A stretch of 63,871 nt of DNA, counting the filler, from Octopus bimaculoides (lineage: Eukaryota), in assembly GCF_001194135.2 (NCBI RefSeq). It is 8 parts of 8 records of this genome, joined end to end, with 100 filler letters (N's around TTAATTAATTAA, not from the genome) between each part and the next. Parts side by side here need not be neighbours in the genome. Positions count along the whole stretch, not along the records: positions 1 to 15,758 come from NC_068982.1; positions 15,859 to 23,059 come from NC_068984.1; positions 23,160 to 42,182 come from NC_069010.1; 5 more parts are not named here. One strand, given 5' to 3'. Both the position numbers and the translations under genes were made by a program. The notes beneath the pieces were generated by a model. It worked only from the letters and a program-made list of their open reading frames with translations. It had not been told where the DNA came from and made no database searches. This document shows positions 14,501 through 27,389 of the stretch, piece after piece (position 1 is the first letter of the stretch; each line of letters opens with the position of its first letter).

Positions 14501-15758
14501 CGCGGATGTCCCACTGGGAGTGGGAGGTCCCTATGTTGTTGTCATAACATATCTCTAGGAAAGGGAAAATTTGAGGGAAAACGTGTGACACTGACAATAT
14601 TTAATGACGTACACAAGTTCTTTTCAAGTTTATGTTGCCCATGTTTAGAGAGTGAGGCTGGACATACATACATAAGCATATATATATATATATGCAGTCT
14701 TACAGCTGTTTCAGTCTACGGTGACATGCCTCACTCTATCTATATAACTCCAGTAAGCTGAAGTAATTGAGAGAGGAAATGGATAAAATAGAGGTACATG
14801 TATGATTCTCTAGGCCTCTTCAGAGATTTTATAACGTTCAAAATATAAACACATTAGAAAATCGTAAAAACTCATATATATGCATACTTTAACATATATA
14901 GATATACATAATAATACATAAATACATGAATACGTATATGTACATTTAAATGTACATACATAAATGTCTATACATGCACACCAAGGAGTCAATTATTATT
15001 GTAATTATACACGAGGAGGACACATATATATATATACCCACCCACACATACATACATACATACACACATACATACATACATACATACATACATACATACA
15101 TACATACATACACATATGCATACATAAGCATTCCCGGTTGATTGATTGGCTGATTGATGGGTGAACTGATGAATTGGCTAATTAGTCGTTAGACTAATAA
15201 GTTATTGAAGATACTCAAATCTAGGGTTACCCCATTCACTCTTATCTGTAAAATAAAAAGTGTCCCAAATATAAATTTAACAGTAGAAAAATAGACGAAT
15301 CACCAAGTTTGTGAACAACTACCTTAGGAGTTTATTAGTTAAGTGACTCAACTATATAGGGAATCCTTCTGTCAGTCATAGTAAATTTTAAGCTACCAAA
15401 AATAACTACAATTTGAAAATATGTAGGTATCAATTATATATGTAGGAGTTTTAGTGAGTAATCTCAGACTGCATTCTAGACGTAATCTTAGCATTTAACG
15501 ACAATATACCAAGAATATATATAAGAGCAGTCTTATAGTATCGCTGTGTTATTGGTTTGTTCCTTTACCCCTTATTGTAATGTGGTCGTGTATGTGTGTA
15601 TACATACATACGAATATTTATTTATCTCCGCATACACATTTTTTGATAATTTATTTAGTCTTTGTATTATTTATATACACTCTATTTATATATGTATATA
15701 GATATGTGCGTATGTATGTATGTATGTATTTATGTATGTGTGTGTGTGTGTGTGTGTG

Positions 15759-15858
15759 NNNNNNNNNNNNNNNNNNNNNNNNNNNNNNNNNNNNNNNNNN
15801 NNTTAATTAATTAANNNNNNNNNNNNNNNNNNNNNNNNNNNNNNNNNNNNNNNNNNNN
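15759..15858. other. Artificial scaffold-join spacer (44N-TTAATTAATTAA-44N)
   Basis: The identical 100-nt structure recurs at 23060-23159, 42183-42282, 49328-49427, 57184-57283, 59916-60015 and 61380-61479. The palindromic 12-mer gives a stop in all six frames. Confidence 0.95.
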
Positions 15859-16047
15859 GTACGCATGCGTCATACAGTCTGCCTTTTACTCTGAGTGAGA
15901 GTCCCTTTGTCGCCAGCAGGGGTAAGAGCTCTCTAAACTTTGCCCAGGCTATTCTTATTCTAGCAGCTACACTTTCAGCGCACCCACCCCCACTACTAAC
16001 TTGGTCGCCCAGATAGCGGAAGCTATCGACTACCTCTAGCTTTTCAC
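15859..16047 (-). mobile_element. RTE-clade LINE reverse transcriptase fragment
   Basis: Reads GEKLEVVDSFRYLGDQVSSGGGCAESVAARIRIAWAKFRELLPLLATKGLSLRVKGRLYDACV, the typical RTE RT C-terminal/thumb region (F.YLG, RI..AW..F). Confidence 0.9.
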
Positions 16048-16070
16048 CATATATATATATATATATATAT

Positions 16071-16616
16071 ACAATTGTTAAAGTGGACAACAAACTTTAA
16101 GGCAAGGCAAACATCTCAAGCCGTATACATTATTATTATTGAAAAAAAATTCAAAGTCTTACAGCTGTTTCTGGGATATCCCAGAGTATGGGATAATCAC
16201 TCATCGGAGACAAATAGGGAAAAATGAGAAGGGTATAGATTAATGAAATGACAACATAGAGGACAGAAGTAAAGGAATAAGGTGATGAAGAAAGAGAAGA
16301 AAAAAGAAGCATAAAAGTTCACAGTTCAACGTTCCAAACTTGTAGAATTAAGTCCATAAGTCCTTCGGTGCAATCCTGCATAAATCCATGTGGGTTAAAG
16401 TCCTGATATTGTAAACATTCAGAAAAAAGATACAAACATATTTCATTAATCTATACCCTTCTCAGTTTTCCCTGTTTGTCTTCATTGACAGAATATCCCA
16501 TACTCAGGGTTATCCCAGAAACAACTGTAAAACTGAATTTTTTTTCCAATAATGATAATGTATATGACTTAAGATGTTTGTCTTGCCTTAATGTTTGTTG
16601 TCCTCTTTAACAATTA
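16071..16616 (-). mobile_element. Truncated Penelope-like element with inverted terminal-repeat (pLTR) copies
   Basis: About 180-nt imperfect inverted repeats at 16071-16250 and 16440-16616, each containing a hammerhead-like core. The spacer on the minus strand reads CLQYQDFNPHGF, resembling the end of the Penelope GIY-YIG ORF (P.GLN region). Confidence 0.55.
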
Positions 16617-16914
16617 TATATCCCCTATATCAAAAATCTGCAATGGCTCCATAACTGCCATCTCGGCTATAACCTTGGAGCCTTAGTAACCTGTTACAGC
16701 ACTTACCTAGCGTACCTGATCATTTAGATCACCTGTGAACTAAACCCTCATATTTTGCATGTGTGTGTGTGTGAATAAATAGAATAAATACCAGGCTTAA
16801 AACAAAAAAGTACAGGGGTCAATTTATTCAACTAAGATCTCTTCAGGGCAATGCCCCCAGTGTGGCCACAATCTAATGACTAAAACAAGTAAAAGATAAA
16901 AGATATGTCCACTT

Positions 16915-17225
16915 TATTGAATTTATCAAATATACTTGTTATAATTTCTTGTTTACATACTGGTTGCCAGCATTTTGCATAATGACAATCTAGGTTGTTT
17001 GATGTAGTTTTCCAGATATCCCACAACATGTTATCACAGTTCAAAATCTGTGAGTTGCAAGTAAGACTCTCTTTTATTTTAAAAGTTTGTCCATCATTAA
17101 ACTTGAACTCTGAACCTTTGGTCAAATGTAAGCATGTAATACAATTTGGTCTGGAAACTTGTTTGTAAATTTTTACCCTGGATAATATATTTTTAATGTC
17201 TTGGATTGCCTCTCACTTTTGGTGG
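16915..17225 (-). mobile_element. Penelope-like GIY-YIG endonuclease relic
   Basis: Reads RPNCITCLHLTKGSEFKFNDGQTFKIKESLTCNSQ, then frameshifted VITC.../KTTSNNL. This matches the Cys-rich linker and LTC-S-N..Y.I.C pattern before PLE GIY-YIG. Confidence 0.6.
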
Positions 17226-17366
17226 ATTATCATTTGTTTTTTTACTTGTTTCAATCATTAGATTACACTCATGCTGGAGCATTGTTTTGAAGAATATTTA
17301 CTCAAATAAATCAACCTCAGTATTTATTCTTTTATAAAAGCTGGTACTTATTCTACTCTTACTCTT

Positions 17367-17566
17367 ACCTGTTTCAGTCATTTGACTATGGCCATGCTGG
17401 AGCACTGCTTTTAGTCGAGCAAATCGACCCCAGGACTTATTCTTTGTAAGCCTAGTACTTATTCTATCGATCTCTTTTGCCGAACCGCTAAGTTACAGGG
17501 ACATAAACACCCCAGCATCGGTTGTCAAGCGATGTTGGGGGGACAAACACAGACACACAAACATAT

Positions 17567-17597
<31 letters not shown>

Positions 17598-17720
17598 CAT
17601 ATATACGACGGGCTTCTTTCAGTTTCTGTCTACCAAATCCACTCACAAGGCTTTGGTCGGCCCGAGGCTATAGTAGAAGACACTTGCCGAAGGTGCCATG
17701 CAGTGGAACTGAACCTGGAA
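17367..17720 (-). mobile_element. tRNA-derived composite SINE, family B
   Basis: Shared body ...ccaaagccttgtgagtggatttggtagacggaaactgaaagaagcccgtcg-(microsatellite)-...cttagcggttcggcaaaagagaccgatagaataagtactaggc... Other copies at about 17820-17965(-), 21735-22190(+), 25790-25935(+), 27220-27375(-), 30285-30662(-), 31872-32172(-), 34130-34290(-), 35945-36110(+), 39898-40199(-), 42800-43100(-), 49018-49190(+) and 58200-58590(+). Confidence 0.85.
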
Positions 17721-18328
17721 CCATGTGGTTCATTGATCTTTAATGCTGAACCACTAAGCCGCAGGGATGTAAGTGGTGGTAGGAAACAAAAACACACACA
17801 CACACACACACACAATGAGCTTCTTTCAGCTTCCATCTATCAAATCCACTCACAAGGCTTTGGTCAGCACAAGGCTATAGTAGAGGACACTTGCTTGAAG
17901 TGCCATATTGTGGGACTGAACCGGAAACCATATGGTTAGGAAGCAAACTTTTCACAACACAGCTGTACCTCAGTTTTTTAGAATTCTTTTAATCTGATTT
18001 TTTAAAATAAAATAGATGATTTTTTAAATAAAATGGTAGAATATTTTGCAGTTTCTCAGGTTGAATATAAAGACATGTGGTAAAACATTTTTCTTGGTTT
18101 ATATTTTCCACTTTCTTTAGATTTTGAATGTTTATAAATTTTGCTCTTTCTATTCCAATGGTAATTAGACTTAGTAGAACTGCTCTTTGAATAACCATGT
18201 TTTGCAATTTCTTTGGCCTTTCATCACATTTAGGAGGATTCTCTGCTATTGCAAAAAACTCTTTTTGCAAGGTTAAATGGAATGTTTAGTCGTATATGTT
18301 TAGGATGACAGGATGTGAAGAAAAAATA

Positions 18329-18393
<65 letters not shown>

Positions 18394-19037
18394 NNNNNNN
18401 NNNNNNNNNNNNNNNNNNNNNNNNNNNNNNNNNNNNNNNNNNNNNNNNNNNNNNNNNNNNNNNNNNNNNNNNNNNNNNNNNNNNNNNNNNNNNNNNNNNN
18501 NNNNNNNNNNNNNNNNNNNNNNNNNNNNNNNNNNNNNNNNNNNNNNNNNNNNNNNNNNNNNNNNNNNNNNNNNNNNNNNNNNNNNNNNNNNNNNNNNNNN
18601 NNNNNNNNNNNNNNNNNNNNNNNNNNNNNNNNNNNNNNNNNNNNNNNNNNNNNNNNNNNNNNNNNNNNNNNNNNNNNNNNNNNNNNNNNNNNNNNNNNNN
18701 NNNNNNNNNNNNNNNNNNNNNNNNNNNNNNNNNNNNNNNNNNNNNNNNNNNNNNNNNNNNNNNNNNNNNNNNNNNNNNNNNNNNNNNNNNNNNNNNNNNN
18801 NNNNNNNNNNNNNNNNNNNNNNNNNNNNNNNNNNNNNNNNNNNNNNNNNNNNNNNNNNNNNNNNNNNNNNNNNNNNNNNNNNNNNNNNNNNNNNNNNNNN
18901 NNNNNNNNNNNNNNNNNNNCATATACATACATATACACAGAAAGAAATAAGATATATATATGAGCGTCTAATAATACTATCCATATCACGTCCTCACTTT
19001 GTTGTTTTTTTGTTTCTTTGTTATTGTTTTTTTTAAC

Positions 19038-19078
<41 letters not shown>

Positions 19079-19137
19079 GGTGCAGTGAATAAACTGTCAT
19101 GTAAATTATGCAAGAATGAAAATAACACTGACATCTC

Positions 19138-19177
<40 letters not shown>

Positions 19178-19725
19178 CGTATGTGTGAATGTGTGTTGGT
19201 GTCTTTGTGTTTGTCACATACAACTACTTGACAACTGTTATTGGTTTGTTTACATCCCCATAACTTAGCAGTTTCTCTAAAGAGGCTCATAGAACAAATA
19301 CAAGATTAAAAAATACATACTGGCACCTACTTGTTAGACTAATTCAAGGTGGTGCCCCAACATGGTCGCAGTCCAATGAATGTGTTGTATCACACGTTCA
19401 ACATATGATATAACTGGATAATAATAATGTCCTTGCAAATCACTGGTAATAACCCTCAACAATACGCAACTCTTGGTTTTACACTGCTCGAATGACTTTC
19501 TGGGTACATCCATTTATACTGTGGCACAGTCCACTAGGAGCCAACCAATAGGGGTGTTCTACTTCCACACAACAGAATGAAACAAGTAAAAGATAAAATC
19601 AGAAAGATAAAGAAGGAATTCACTGGTTCATGTTGACACCATTTTAGGGACAATAAAATTTTGTTATATTGGGCAAGTTAAGCCTTTATGTAGATGCTTT
19701 CCTATTGTTTCATGTGGCCCTTAAT

Positions 19726-19953
19726 TTAACCCTTTAGCATTTAAACCAGTCATATCAAGCCCAAATATTCTACTTGTTTTATGTTCAAATTGACCAGATC
19801 AGGCCTCTCACACCTATCTTACAATGTCACTCTAAAGATAAACCATCACATCATTGAAATCTCAAAGCTACAAGTTAATGTATGGTAAATTCAAAACAAT
19901 GTGAATAAACAGGCATTACATTAGACAGAGAAATCTAAATGTTAAAGGGTTAA
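19726..19953. mobile_element. piggyBac-like MITE
   Basis: TTAA flanks both ends (19726-29, 19950-53). Termini are CCCTTTAGCATTTA ... TAAATGTTAAAGGG. A related copy lies at about 38882-39100 in VPS53 intron 7. Confidence 0.75.
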
Positions 19954-19986
19954 AGCTTGTTAGGAGAGATATAACAGTTACTATAT

Positions 19987-20451
19987 GGCACTCTGTCGCT
20001 TACGACATCGAGGGTTTCAGTTGATCCGATCAACGGAACAACCTGCTTGTGAAATTAACGTGCAAGTGGTTGAGCAATCCACAGACACATGTACCCTTAA
20101 TGTAGTTCTCGGAGATATTCAGCGTGACACGGTGTGACAAGGCTGACCCTTTGAATTACAGGCACAACAGAAACAGGAAGTAAGAGTGAGAGAAAGTTGT
20201 GGTGAAAGAGTACAGCAGGGTTCGCCACCATCCCCTGCCGGAGCCTCGTGGAGCTTTAGNNNNNNNNNNGAGTGAGAGAAAGTTGTGGTGAAAGAGTACA
20301 GCAGGGTTCGCCACCATCCCCTGCCGGAGCCTCGTGGAGCTTTAGGTGTTTTCGCTCAATAAACACTCACAACGCCCGGTCTGGGAATCGAAACCGCGAT
20401 CCTATGACCGCGAGTCTGCTACCCTAACCACTGGGCCATTGCGCCTCCACT
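19987..20451 (-). mobile_element. tRNA-derived SINE, family A
   Basis: Reverse complement of the 59208-59594 copy, flanked by direct repeat AGTTACTATAT (19976-19986 and 20452-20462). Fragments at 6040-6275(+) and 25115-25237(-). Confidence 0.9.
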
Positions 20452-21588
20452 AGTTACTATATGAAAAAGAACATATAGCTAAGACCTCTAAGGTTGGGGT
20501 TCACTCAGAAGATTGTTTTGAGCCTGAAGAGTCAACTAAGCCTGTGACTATCTGTTGGAACTCCCCCTAAAAGGAAAGAAAAAGAAAAAACCCAAAACAC
20601 TTCAGTACCTGTGAATTATGAGATGAAAGAAGTTCCAAAATGCTTCTATTCTGNNNNNNNNNNNNNNNNNNNNNNNNNNNNNNNNNNNNNNNNNNNNNNN
20701 NNNNNNNNNNNNNNNNNNNNNNNNNNNNNNNNNNNNNNNNNNNNNNNNNNNNNNNNNNNNNNNNNNNNNNNNNNNNNNNNNNNNNNNNNNNNNNNNNNNN
20801 NNNNNNNNNNNNNNNNNNNNNNNNNNNNNNNNNNNNNNNNNNNNNNNNNNNNNNNNNNNNNNNNNNNNNNNNNNNNNNNNNNNNNNNNNNNNNNNNNNNN
20901 NNNNNNNNNNNNNNNNNNNNNNNNNNNNNNNNNNNNNNNNNNNNNNNNNNNNNNNNNNNNNNNNNNNNNNNNNNNNNNNNNNNNNNNNNNNNNNNNNNNN
21001 NNNNNNNNNNNNNNNNNNNNNNNNNNNNNNNNNNNNNNNNNNNNNNNNNNNNNNNNNNNNNNNNNNNNNNNNNNNNNNNNNNNNNNNNNNNNNNNNNNNN
21101 NNNNNNNNNNNNNNNNNNNNNNNNNNNNNNNNNNNNNNNNNNNNNNNNNNNNNNNNNNNNNNNNNNNNNNNNNNNNNNNNNNNNNNNNNNNNNNNNNNNN
21201 NNNNNNNNNNNNNNNNNNNNNNNNNNNNNNNNNNNNNNNNNNNNNNNNNNNNNNNNNNNNNNNNNNNNNNNNNNNNNNNNNNNNNNNNNNNNNNNNNNNN
21301 NNNNNNNNNNNNNNNNNNNNNNNNNNNNNNNNNNNNNNNNNNNNNNNNNNNAAGCAACATTCTATGTCTGTCTGCTGGCTGTCAGGATTGGATGAAAGGG
21401 CTGGGGGGGGGGCAAGGGCGGGATGTCTAATATGCATGAATTATATATGTGTGCACATGACTGTTACATCTGTTGCGTCAGATGTGATGTTCGGGTTGAG
21501 TGAATTTTATGTTGTTAACACACCCTTCTGTGTACACCTGAATATAATTAGTATGATATGGATCTGTGTATATGTTTGTGCATCCATA

Positions 21589-21629
<41 letters not shown>

Positions 21630-21882
21630 GCGTTTGTGTTTGTGTATATGCATGAGTGTGTGTTTGTGTAAGTGCATGTAGGTCTTCACATTAATGTGTG
21701 CATACAAATTAAGTGAAAATTTATGTGTATAGGCAAACGCATGGCTGTGTGGTAAGAAGCTTGCTTCCAAAGCACATGGTTCGGTGTTCAGTTCCATTAT
21801 GTGGCACCTTGGGCAAGTGTCTTCTACTATAGCCTTGGGCCAACAAAAAAAAATTGGAAACTGGAAGAAGCCTGTTGTGTGT

Positions 21883-21946
<64 letters not shown>

Positions 21947-22717
21947 TTATATGTGTGTGTGTGCCTGTGTCTGTATCTTTGTGTCTGTGTTTGTCCCCCA
22001 TCACTGCTTGACAACCAATATTGGTGTGTTTACATCCCTGTAATGTAGCAGTTTGGCAAAAGAGACCAATAGAATAAGTACCAGGCTTAACAAAAATAAA
22101 AATAAAAATTAAGTATTGGGGTTGACTCATTCAACTAAAATCCCTCAAGGTGGTGCTCCAGCATGGCTGTAGTCTGACTGAAACAGGTTATAAATAAAAA
22201 AACAGAAGTTATTTATTTTTAGTTCTATTTCTTTCCAATGTTAAGTTCAAATATATTTCTTTCTTTATAGCCCACAAGGGGCTAAACATAGAGGGGACAA
22301 ACAAGGAGAGACAAAGGGATTAAGTCAATTACATCAACCCCAGTGCATAACTGGTACTTATTTGATCGACCCCCCAAAAGGATGAAAGGCAAAGTCAACT
22401 TCGTCATCATCACCATTTACATACATACACACATGCATACATACACATGCATTTGTCTACAGATGCACATATTCCACTTCTGGTTAACACTCATATATTT
22501 TACACTTCTAACTATTACACCAGCATTTGTGGTCAATATTTGATTGTATTTTTGTATTACTTACTATTATACCTTCTACATGTGTTGTCATATTAGTCTG
22601 TATTTAACACTACTAATTTATTATATCTACAATGTAATTGGTGTTTGAATGTATTTTACACTAGTAACTATTATATCTACATATGCTCAGGTGTGGTTGT
22701 GTGGTAAGAAGCTTGCT

Positions 22718-22935
22718 GGCAGAAACGTTAGTATGCCGGGCGAAATGCTTAGCGGTATTTCGTCTGCTGCTACGTTCTGAGTTCAAATTCCGCCGAGGTC
22801 GACTTTGCCTTTTATCCTTTCGGGGTCGATTAAATAAGTACCAGTTACGCACTGAGGTTGATATAATCGACTTAATCCCTTTGTCTGTCCTTGTTTGTCC
22901 CCTCTATGTTTAGCCCCTTGTGGGCAATAAAAAAA
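22718..22935 (+). mobile_element. tRNA-like SINE, family E
   Basis: gctggcagaaacgttag...gttcaaattccgccgaggtcgactttgcc...ataagtaccagttacgcac...agccccttgtgggcaataaa. An inverted copy lies at 22255-22405, with fragments at 2975-3065, 26010-26086, 30900-31000, 33850-34110 and 38265-38520. Confidence 0.8.
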
Positions 22936-23159
22936 AATAATAAAATAAAAAAAGTAAAAAAATAAGAAGCTTGCTTGTTTTGTGATTTATGCTTTTAAAT
23001 TGAAAATTGAATCTTTATACTGAATTTTTATATTGTAAAAGAGAAAAGTATTTTCGAGGNNNNNNNNNNNNNNNNNNNNNNNNNNNNNNNNNNNNNNNNN
23101 NNNTTAATTAATTAANNNNNNNNNNNNNNNNNNNNNNNNNNNNNNNNNNNNNNNNNNNN

Positions 23160-23492
23160 AAATGGTGCATCTCATGTGCCACCCGCACAAGAACCAGTCC
23201 AGGGGCACTGGCAACGATCTTACTTGGCTTGCCGGGTCTTCTCACGCACAGCACATTTCCAAAGGTCTCGGTCAGTAGTCATCGCCTCGGTGAGGCCCAA
23301 TGTACGAAGGTCTTGCCTCACCACCTCAGCCCAGGTCTTCCTGGGCCTACCTCTTCCACGGGTTCCCTCAACTGTTAGGGTGTGGCACTTTTTCACGCAG
23401 CTATCCTCATCCATTCTCACCACATGTCCATACCAGCGCAATCGTCTCTCTTGCACACCACAACTGATGCTTCTAATGTTCAGCTTTTCTAT
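23160..23492 (-). mobile_element. RTE LINE 3' end of ORF plus start of 3' UTR
   Basis: Reads RRLRWYGHVVRMDEDSCVKKC...VEGTRGRGRPRKTW...DRDLWKCAV...*, the canonical RTE C-terminus. It is followed by gatcgttgccagtgcccctggactgg..., which is shared with repeat family C. Confidence 0.9.
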
Positions 23493-24062
23493 ATACATCG
23501 TGTGTAGACATGTGGCATAATGGTTAGGTCATTCAGCTTACAATCACAAGGTCGTGAGTTTATGTTTCCCCAGTCTTCTCAGCTGGCAAAAATGTTTTTC
23601 ACGTGTTACCGGCACAAGTGCCAGTTAGGCGACGCTGGTAACGATCACACTCAAATGGTGCTATTTACGTGACACTGGCACGGAAGCCAGACAGCTGCTC
23701 TGGCAATGATCATGCTCGGACGATGCACGTGAGAAAGCACCCACTACATTCTCGGAATGGTTGGCGCTAGGAAGGGCATCCAGCTGTAGAAACACTGCCA
23801 GATCAGATTGGGGCCTGGTGCAGCCATCCTGGCTTCCCAGACCCCAGTCGAACCATCCAACCCATGCCAGCATGGAAACTGGACATTAAACGATGATGAA
23901 ACAATGATGATGATGGACACACATACACATGAACAGAACAGACAAGCAGACACACACATACACACATTAGACAAACAGACAAACATACACACACTTTTAG
24001 ATATGATGTGATGTTGGCCTGCGTCACATATGGAAGTGAAGATCGTATCATATTTTACTTAC

Positions 24063-24155
24063 TCTGGAGACAAATTCATTTCCCTGGCAACGCGAGTGGA
24101 CATGCTGATGGCTGCGACACGGCGTGGTTCAGTGATTCCTATTATACCACCATTG
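24063..24155 (-). CDS. DHX37: DHX37 exon with helicase motif Ia
   Basis: TACAG| acceptor and |GTAAGT donor, 93 nt, phase 2/2. Encodes [46 protein letters not shown] is the DHX37/Dhr1 signature (E in TEPRR). Confidence 0.93.
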
Positions 24156-25456
24156 CTGTAGAAATAATAATAATAATAATAATTTCAAATTTTAGCACAA
24201 GGCCAGCAATTTCGGGGGGAGGGGGATAAGATGATTATATCCCCCCCCCCCCNNNNNNNNNNNNNNNNNNNNNNNNNNNNNNNNNNNNNNNNNNNNNNNN
24301 NNNNNNNNNNNNNNNNNNNNNNNNNNNNNNNNNNNNNNNNNNNNNNNNNNNNNNNNNNNNNNNNNNNNNNNNNNNNNNNNNNNNNNNNNNNNNNNNNNNN
24401 NNNNNNNNNNNNNNNNNNNNNNNNNNNNNNNNNNNNNNNNNNNNNNNNNNNNNNNNNNNNNNNNNNNNNNNNNNNNNNNNNNNNNNNNNNNNNNNNNNNN
24501 NNNNNNNNNNNNNNNNNNNNNNNNNNNNNNNNNNNNNNNNNNNNNNNNNNNNNNNNNNNNNNNNNNNNNNNNNNNNNNNNNNNNNNNNNNNNNNNNNNNN
24601 NNNNNNNNNNNNNNNNNNNNNNNNNNNNNNNNNNNNNNNNNNNNNNNNNNNNNNNNNNNNNNNNNNNNNNNNNNNNNNNNNNNNNNNNNNNNNNNNNNNN
24701 NNNNNNNNNNNNNNNNNNNNNNNNNNNNNNNNNNNNNNNNNNNNNNNNNNNNNNNNNNNNNNNNNNNNNNNNNNNNNNNNNNNNNNNNNNNNNNNNNNNN
24801 NNNNNNNNNNNNNNNNNNNNNNNNNNNNNNNNNNNNNNNNNNNNNNNNNNNNNNNNNNNNNNNNNNNNNNNNNNNNNNNNNNNNNNNNNNNNNNNNNNNN
24901 NNNNNNNNNNNNNNNNNNNNNNNNNNNNNNNNNNNNNNNNNNNNNNNNNNNNNNNNNNNNNNNNNNNNNNNNNNNNNNNNNNNNNNNNNNNNNNNNNNNN
25001 NNNNNNNNNNNNNNNNNNNNNNNNNNNNNNNNNNNNNNNNNNNNNNNNNNNNNNNNNNNNNNNNNNNNNNNNNNNNNNNNNNNNNNNNNNNNNNNNNNNN
25101 NNNNNNNNNNNNNNCCTTGTGGGGCTTTTTAGGTGTTTTCACTCAATAAACACTCACAACACCCAGTCTGGGAATCGAAACCGCGATCCTATGACCGCGA
25201 GTCCGCTGCCCTAACCATCGGGCCATTGCACCTCCACACAAGGATCTATACAGTCACACAAACACACACATACATACATGTATGTATGTACAAAAGATAA
25301 AGGGTAAAGACCCCTAAAAAAAAAAAGAAATCTAAAACCTAGAGGTCGGGAAGCCAACTTTTTAGCCTCACAATCTTACTTACACCTAGAAATATGGCCC
25401 CCAAAAAATGGTTCAACATAATTGCAAAATTAATAGGGAGATAATAGGACACTGAC

Positions 25457-25600
25457 CTGCATCTCTGGTTTTCTGTTGACAGGAATAAAAACCACTTTTC
25501 TAGGCTTCATGGTGTCAGACGTTTTAGCAGAGACACCATTCTGCTGGACACCTTGCTCAGTTTTTCCTTCAGCATCAATGGAACCATCTTTAGATATTTT
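25457..25600 (-). CDS. DHX37: DHX37 exon preceding RecA1 domain
   Basis: TTTTAGGCAG| acceptor and CAG|GTCAGT donor, 144 nt, phase 0/0. Encodes KISKDG...MKPRKVVFIPVNRKPEMQ, matching the DHX37 motif recalled as AVFIPVNRSPEMQ in human. Confidence 0.9.
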
Positions 25601-25635
25601 CTGCCTAAAATTCCACAAAGAGAACATTTACAAAT

Positions 25636-25797
25636 AATGGAAGTAGTAGTAGTGTTAATGGTGGTGATAGTAGTAGTAGTGGTGGCGGTGGTAGCAATGG
25701 TGGTGTTAGTAGTAGTAGTTGTGGTGGTGGTGGTATAAGTAGTTGTAGTAATGGTGGTGGTGGTGGTGGTAGTAGTAGTAGTGGTGGAGGTGGCTGT
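25636..25797. repeat. (GTA/GTG)n triplet repeat
   Basis: Directly visible in a DHX37 intron. It explains the poly-T, poly-V and poly-P ORFs in the track. Confidence 0.95.
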
Positions 25798-27389
25798 GTG
25801 GTCAGAAGTTTCCTTCCTAACCACGTGGTTCCGGGTTCAGTCCCACTGCGTGGCACCTTGGGCAAGTGTCTTCCACTATACCCTTAGGCTGACCAAGACC
25901 TTGTGAGTAGATTTGGTAGACGGAAACTGGAAGAAGCCAGTCGTGTGTGTGTGTGTATGATTGACGACCAGTGGCAAAAGGCCTGAAATTTGGAGGGAGA
26001 GAACTCATTGATTATATCAACCCCAGCGTTTCTCTGGTACTGAATCTATCGACCCCGAAAGGATGAAAGGCAAAGTCGACCTCGCTNNNNNNNNNNNNNN
26101 NNNNNNNNNNNNNNNNNNNNNNNNNNNNNNNNNNNNNNNNNNNNNNNNNNNNNNNNNNNNNNNNNNNNNNNNNNNNNNNNNNNNNNNNNNNNNNNNNNNN
26201 NNNNNNNNNNNNNNNNNNNNNNNNNNNNNNNNNNNNNNNNNNNNNNNNNNNNNNNNNNNNNNNNNNNNNNNNNNNNNNNNNNNNNNNNNNNNNNNNNNNN
26301 NNNNNNNNNNNNNNNNNNNNNNNNNNNNNNNNNNNNNNNNNNNNNNNNNNNNNNNNNNNNNNNNNNNNNNNNNNNNNNNNNNNNNNNNNNNNNNNNNNNN
26401 NNNNNNNNNNNNNNNNNNNNNNNNNNNNNNNNNNNNNNNNNNNNNNNNNNNNNNNNNNNNNNNNNNNNNNNNNNNNNNNNNNNNNNNNNNNNNNNNNNNN
26501 NNNNNNNNNNNNNNNNNNNNNNNNNNNNNNNNNNNNNNNNNNNNNNNNNNNNNNNNNNNNNNNNNNNNNNNNNNNNNNNNNNNNNNNNNNNNNNNNNNNN
26601 NNNNNNNNNNNNNNNNNNNNNNNNNNNNNNNNNNNNNNNNNNNNNNNNNNNNNNNNNNNNNNNNNNNNNNNNNNNNNNNNNNNNNNNNNNNNNNNNNNNN
26701 NNNNNNNNNNNNNNNNNNNNNNNNNNNNNNNNNNNNNNNNNNNNNNNNNNNNNNNNNNNNNNNNNNNNNNNNNNNNNNNNNNNNNNNNNNNNNNNNNNNN
26801 NNNNNNNNNNNNNNNNNNNNNNNNNNNNNNNNNNNNNNNNNNNNNNNNNNNNNNNNNNNNNNNNNNNNNNNNNNNNNNNNNNNNNNNNNNNNAACAAAAA
26901 AAAAGGGACATTACTTTTCTCTTTTTGTTTCCATCGGTTTTACCCAATCCTTTTGATGTTTTCAGAGGAGTCTGCCAAAAGATTAAGGAAAACATAATCA
27001 ACATCAGCTCAAACAAGTGTATTCATCATTGATATATTTGCTTGTTCAAGACAAAATAGTTCGTTTTTTTTCTTCTTTCTCTTTCACTTTTTTCAGTCAT
27101 TAAAGAATTGCCATGCTGGAGCACCACTTTTGAAGAATTTTTAGTCAAACAAATCAATTCCATTATCATTATCACCATTTAATGTACGTTTTCCCTGCTG
27201 GCAGGGGTTGGATATATATAAAGAAACCAACACCAGCTGTCAAGCAGTGAGAGGGGACACAAACGACAGGCTTCCACACAGTTTCCATCTACCAAATTCA
27301 TTCTCAAGGCCTTAGGGTATATATAATAGAAGACATTTGCCCAAGGTGCCACACAGTGGGACTGAACCCTAGACCATGCTGTAGCTTAC

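Noticed and set aside
20185-20340. Tandem duplication inside a SINE
   Set aside because: Identical sequence of about 70 nt on both sides of a 10-N gap is a typical unmerged contig overlap.
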